A stretch of 64,000 nucleotides of DNA, taken from positions 3,331-67,330 of the forward strand of contig JAGVJZ010000027.1 in NCBI GenBank assembly GCA_020050845.1, written 5' to 3'. The position numbers were made by a program, and so were the translations under genes. Origin of the DNA: Gammaproteobacteria bacterium. GTDB lineage: Bacteria > Pseudomonadota > Gammaproteobacteria > UBA6002. The notes under the pieces were generated by a model. The model was not told where the DNA came from. It did not search any database and saw only the letters and a list, made by a program, of their open reading frames with translations. Shown here piece by piece: positions 60,950 to 64,000 of the stretch (position 1 is the first letter of the stretch; every line of letters starts with the position of its first letter).

Positions 60950-62368
60950 ATGAGAAGAATTATTATAAGAGTTTTTATAGTGTTATTGTGGAGTCAATCT
61001 TCATTCGCAGCTGATTTGGTGGAAGTTTATTGCCAAGCAGTAAAGTTTGATCCAACTTTTAATGCGGCGTTAGCCAACCTTATGGCTAACGAAGAAAATA
61101 TTCCTATTAACCGTTCAGTATTACTGCCACGTCTTGATATTCATGCGGATGTTGAGCGCAAGCTCATTATGTTTCAGGGTTTAAGTTTCGCAAATTTTCG
61201 ACGTACCGGTATTTTTATTCCAACAGCTGAAAGCCTGACTTTCTATGACAATTCAGTTAATTATTATCTCAAACTAACACAACCGATTTTCAACTGGACG
61301 AATTGGTCAAAATTACAGCAGGCAAAAGCATCGGTAAAAGCAGCTGAAGCGAGTTTTTGTGCCTCTGCTCAGGATCTAATGGTGCGAGTGGTTCGCGCCT
61401 ACTTTAATGTGCTAATTGCTGATGCCAATTTATTTTATACCCGAGAATATAAAAGAGCGGTTGCAGAACAGCTTCGTCAAAACCAAATTCAATTTAAAGT
61501 GGGTACGGTTGCAATCACCAATGTCTATGAAGCAGAAGCTGCCTATGACCTCGCTGTCTCTCAAGAAGTTACCGATCGTTATACTCTAGCGACATCAATT
61601 GAAGCTTTGCGGGCGATTACTAATGCTTTTTATTGCAGTCTCGAGGGCCTTACGGAGATGTTACCGTTGATTACCCCAAATCCTTGTGACATCCAGGGTT
61701 GGGTTTGTACAGCGGAGAAGCAGAACTATCAACTTATTTCGGCGCGTTATAACAGTATTGCGGCGTGTGAGAATGTTAAGGTTCAAGAGGGTGGCAAGTT
61801 ACCCGTAATTAATACCTATGGTAAATACACCTATAACTACGATAGCAATATACAAGGTGCCGATGTTTTAAATCGTCAGAAAACTGTTGAGGCTGGATTG
61901 GAAATGGATTGGGCTCCTCTCCAAGGTGGTGGTGTTTTAGCGAGGACTAGACAAGCCATTTATCAAAATCGGCAAGCCTGTGAAAATCAAGAATTCACCC
62001 ATCAACAAGTTATCTCGAATACTAGGAATGCGTATTTAGGAATATTCTCAGGGGTGGCTAAGGTTCGTTCCGATATGGCGGCCGTTAAATCTAATCTGGA
62101 ATCCGTAAGATCCACTGTCGAGAGCTTCAAGGTTGGTACTCGTACAATTCTCGATGTTTTAAATGTCCAAGCCCAGCTCTACAACGCTCAAAAGCAATTT
62201 GCTGCCGATCGGTATGAGTATATCTATCAAACAGTTTTGCTTAAGCAAGCGGCAGGCACACTATCGGTTTGTGATTTGCAACGTATCAACGTCTGGTTAT
62301 ATTCTCACATCGATATTTCAAGGACAGATGCCTTATTATCGGGATGTCAATGTGCCACAACCCATTAA
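60950..62368 (+). CDS. tolC: TolC-family outer membrane channel
   Basis: Signal peptide ending SFA-ADL, LTQPIFN, VGTRTILDVL; start re-set to ATG 60950. Confidence 0.92.
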   Translation: MRRIIIRVFIVLLWSQSSFAADLVEVYCQAVKFDPTFNAALANLMANEENIPINRSVLLPRLDIHADVERKLIMFQGLSFANFRRTGIFIPTAESLTFYDNSVNYYLKLTQPIFNWTNWSKLQQAKASVKAAEASFCASAQDLMVRVVRAYFNVLIADANLFYTREYKRAVAEQLRQNQIQFKVGTVAITNVYEAEAAYDLAVSQEVTDRYTLATSIEALRAITNAFYCSLEGLTEMLPLITPNPCDIQGWVCTAEKQNYQLISARYNSIAACENVKVQEGGKLPVINTYGKYTYNYDSNIQGADVLNRQKTVEAGLEMDWAPLQGGGVLARTRQAIYQNRQACENQEFTHQQVISNTRNAYLGIFSGVAKVRSDMAAVKSNLESVRSTVESFKVGTRTILDVLNVQAQLYNAQKQFAADRYEYIYQTVLLKQAAGTLSVCDLQRINVWLYSHIDISRTDALLSGCQCATTH

Positions 62369-62383
62369 GGGTCCTAGGATCCT

Positions 62384-63655
62384 CTAAAGGGATGGCACAA
62401 GTGCTTGGATAGCGGCAAGATGATTTGAGGTGGCCCCTTGATTCTTCTTAATAACTTCTAAGCCTTGTTCGCCTGATATTTCTCGCTGTCGCTCGTCTTT
62501 AAAAAGTGTCTTTAAAATCTGATACAAAGTTTCCGAATCATCTGCCACAAACAATGATCCATGCTCAGTCAATAAGCCACTGATGGCGCTGAAATTAAAT
62601 AAGTGCGGTCCCGTGACAATAGGGACTTTGGCACCAGCAGGTTCCAAGAGATTGTGACCCCCAACAGGGATCAAACTACCACCTACAAAGGCGACATCGG
62701 CCAAAGAGTAGTATAAATAAAGTTCCCCCATAGAATCACCCAAGAACACATTGGTATTAATGTCGGGTAGTTCTTTTCGCGATCTTCTTGCAATTTGATA
62801 CCCCAGACGCTGACAAATTCCAGCCACTTCGTCAAAGCGGTAGGGATGACGTGGCACTAAAACGAGTAGCATATCTGGATAATCCTGACGCAACCTGCCA
62901 AAAACCTCTAGTAATTGTTCTTCTTCATTAGAGTGAGTACTGGCAGCAACTAGAACATGGCTGTGAGGCAATTTTGTTCTTAATGCCTTGCCTTGATTAA
63001 GAAGAATGGTAGGAATCTCAATATCGAATTTCAGGTTGCCAGTAATTGTGATCCGCTGTTTGTTTATTCCTAGCGCTTCGAAGTGTTTGGCATCGAGTTC
63101 GCTTTGTGCAGCAACGGTCTTAATATTCTGTAAAAATGGCGCTATAAAGCCCTCAATTCGTTGATAACCTGCAAGTGATTTGGCAGAAAGTCGAGCATTA
63201 GCGATTAAAACCGGAATCTGCTCAATCCCCGCATAGTGAAGAAGATTCGGCCACATTTCTGTTTCCATTAGTACAATCAACTTGGGTTGAAAGTGCTTGA
63301 GGAAGCGTTTCAGCGCATAGGGAATATCGTAGGGTACGAACAGATGAGTTACTTTCTCATCAGATTTCCAGGTTGTTTGGACTCGAAGAGCCCCCGTTGC
63401 AGTCATGGTCGTCACCAGAATTTGAAGACTAGGATAATGCTGGCGTAGTGATTTGATTAGCGGTTCTGCCGCAACCGATTCTCCGTAAGAAACAGCGTGC
63501 AACCAAAGAGTAGGGGCACTGATTTTTTGATGATAGAAGCCTAATCTCTCTAATATTCGTCCCTTAACTTCTGAGTTGTGACGATTACGGATTACTAAAC
63601 GCAACAAAATGAAAGGCAGTAATAAATAAAAAAGGGCTGTATATAATCGTCGCAT
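62384..63655 (-). CDS. waaA: Kdo transferase
   Basis: WLHAVSYGE, ETEMWP, GNLKFD, ASTH, GGHNLLEP; start re-set to ATG 63655. Confidence 0.96.
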   Translation of the reverse strand: MRRLYTALFYLLLPFILLRLVIRNRHNSEVKGRILERLGFYHQKISAPTLWLHAVSYGESVAAEPLIKSLRQHYPSLQILVTTMTATGALRVQTTWKSDEKVTHLFVPYDIPYALKRFLKHFQPKLIVLMETEMWPNLLHYAGIEQIPVLIANARLSAKSLAGYQRIEGFIAPFLQNIKTVAAQSELDAKHFEALGINKQRITITGNLKFDIEIPTILLNQGKALRTKLPHSHVLVAASTHSNEEEQLLEVFGRLRQDYPDMLLVLVPRHPYRFDEVAGICQRLGYQIARRSRKELPDINTNVFLGDSMGELYLYYSLADVAFVGGSLIPVGGHNLLEPAGAKVPIVTGPHLFNFSAISGLLTEHGSLFVADDSETLYQILKTLFKDERQREISGEQGLEVIKKNQGATSNHLAAIQALVPSL

Positions 63656-63750
63656 TTTAAAGGTACAATAGTTTGTAAAAGACGGCCATTGTAGCCGCTG
63701 TCTCACCCTTAAGAAAGCTAAAATATTTCGCAATTTTCTAAGGAAAGTTC

Positions 63751-63999
63751 ATGGTTGATTTTTTATTATTTAGAAAAATGCTGACCCCGATTCTGCTCCA
63801 GTTCTTATTTTGGATATCGGTAGTGGTCTTAGTGGTTGCTGGGATAGTCAATATTTATCATCATGCCATTGTTCATGGACTACAAATTATCATCCTGGGG
63901 CCCATTGTGGTGCGAATCTTCTGCGAGTTTCTAATCATATTTTTCAAGATGAACGATACCCTGCTAGCTATAAAAAATGCTGTACAAGAGAAAACTTAA
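63751..63999 (+). CDS. DUF4282-like small membrane protein
   Basis: FRKMLTPILL...VRIFCEFLIIFFKMND pattern, two TMs. Confidence 0.75.
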   Translation: MVDFLLFRKMLTPILLQFLFWISVVVLVVAGIVNIYHHAIVHGLQIIILGPIVVRIFCEFLIIFFKMNDTLLAIKNAVQEKT

Positions 64000-64000
64000 A

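Noticed and set aside
3481..62387. Numerous 60-160 aa ORFs nested in or antisense to identified genes (e.g. 9619-10044, 47808-48236, 49667-50134, 58031-58507)
   Set aside because: Shadow frames of conserved genes with no motifs or translation signals

Overview
Core chromosomal segment of an AT-rich (roughly 40% GC by eye) Gammaproteobacterium. Gene content and order suggest a Legionellales/Coxiellales-like organism (inference). About 60 mostly housekeeping genes: cytochrome oxidase assembly (ctaA, ctaB, SCO, TlpA), gmhB-fmt-def / dprA-smg-topA-purE-tsaC-hemF-argS, hslVU with a clear sigma-32 promoter, hemA-prfA-prmC-rdgB, glmS, tkt-gap-pgk-pyk, two ABC importers, Kdo hydroxylase, parC and parE, rpe-trpEGDC, gshAB/ggt, nudF/pcm-tolC and waaA. 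I found no rRNA, tRNA, CRISPR array or transposase. Most notable: (1) an in-frame TAA where the conserved Glu of the GAPDH WYDNE motif should be, with the rest of the gene intact behind it; (2) a ~125-bp structured element present twice, 23 kb apart, each time just upstream of a glutamine amidotransferase gene (glmS, trpG); (3) a stand-alone AAA-ATPase/PD-(D/E)XK nuclease gene preceded by a 32-bp-period array of palindromes; (4) a 10-cysteine TolC; (5) an orphan ORF with a near-consensus promoter overlapped by a palindrome; and several families of small palindromic/MITE-like intergenic repeats. Gene calls come from motif recognition and synteny only; no searches were run.
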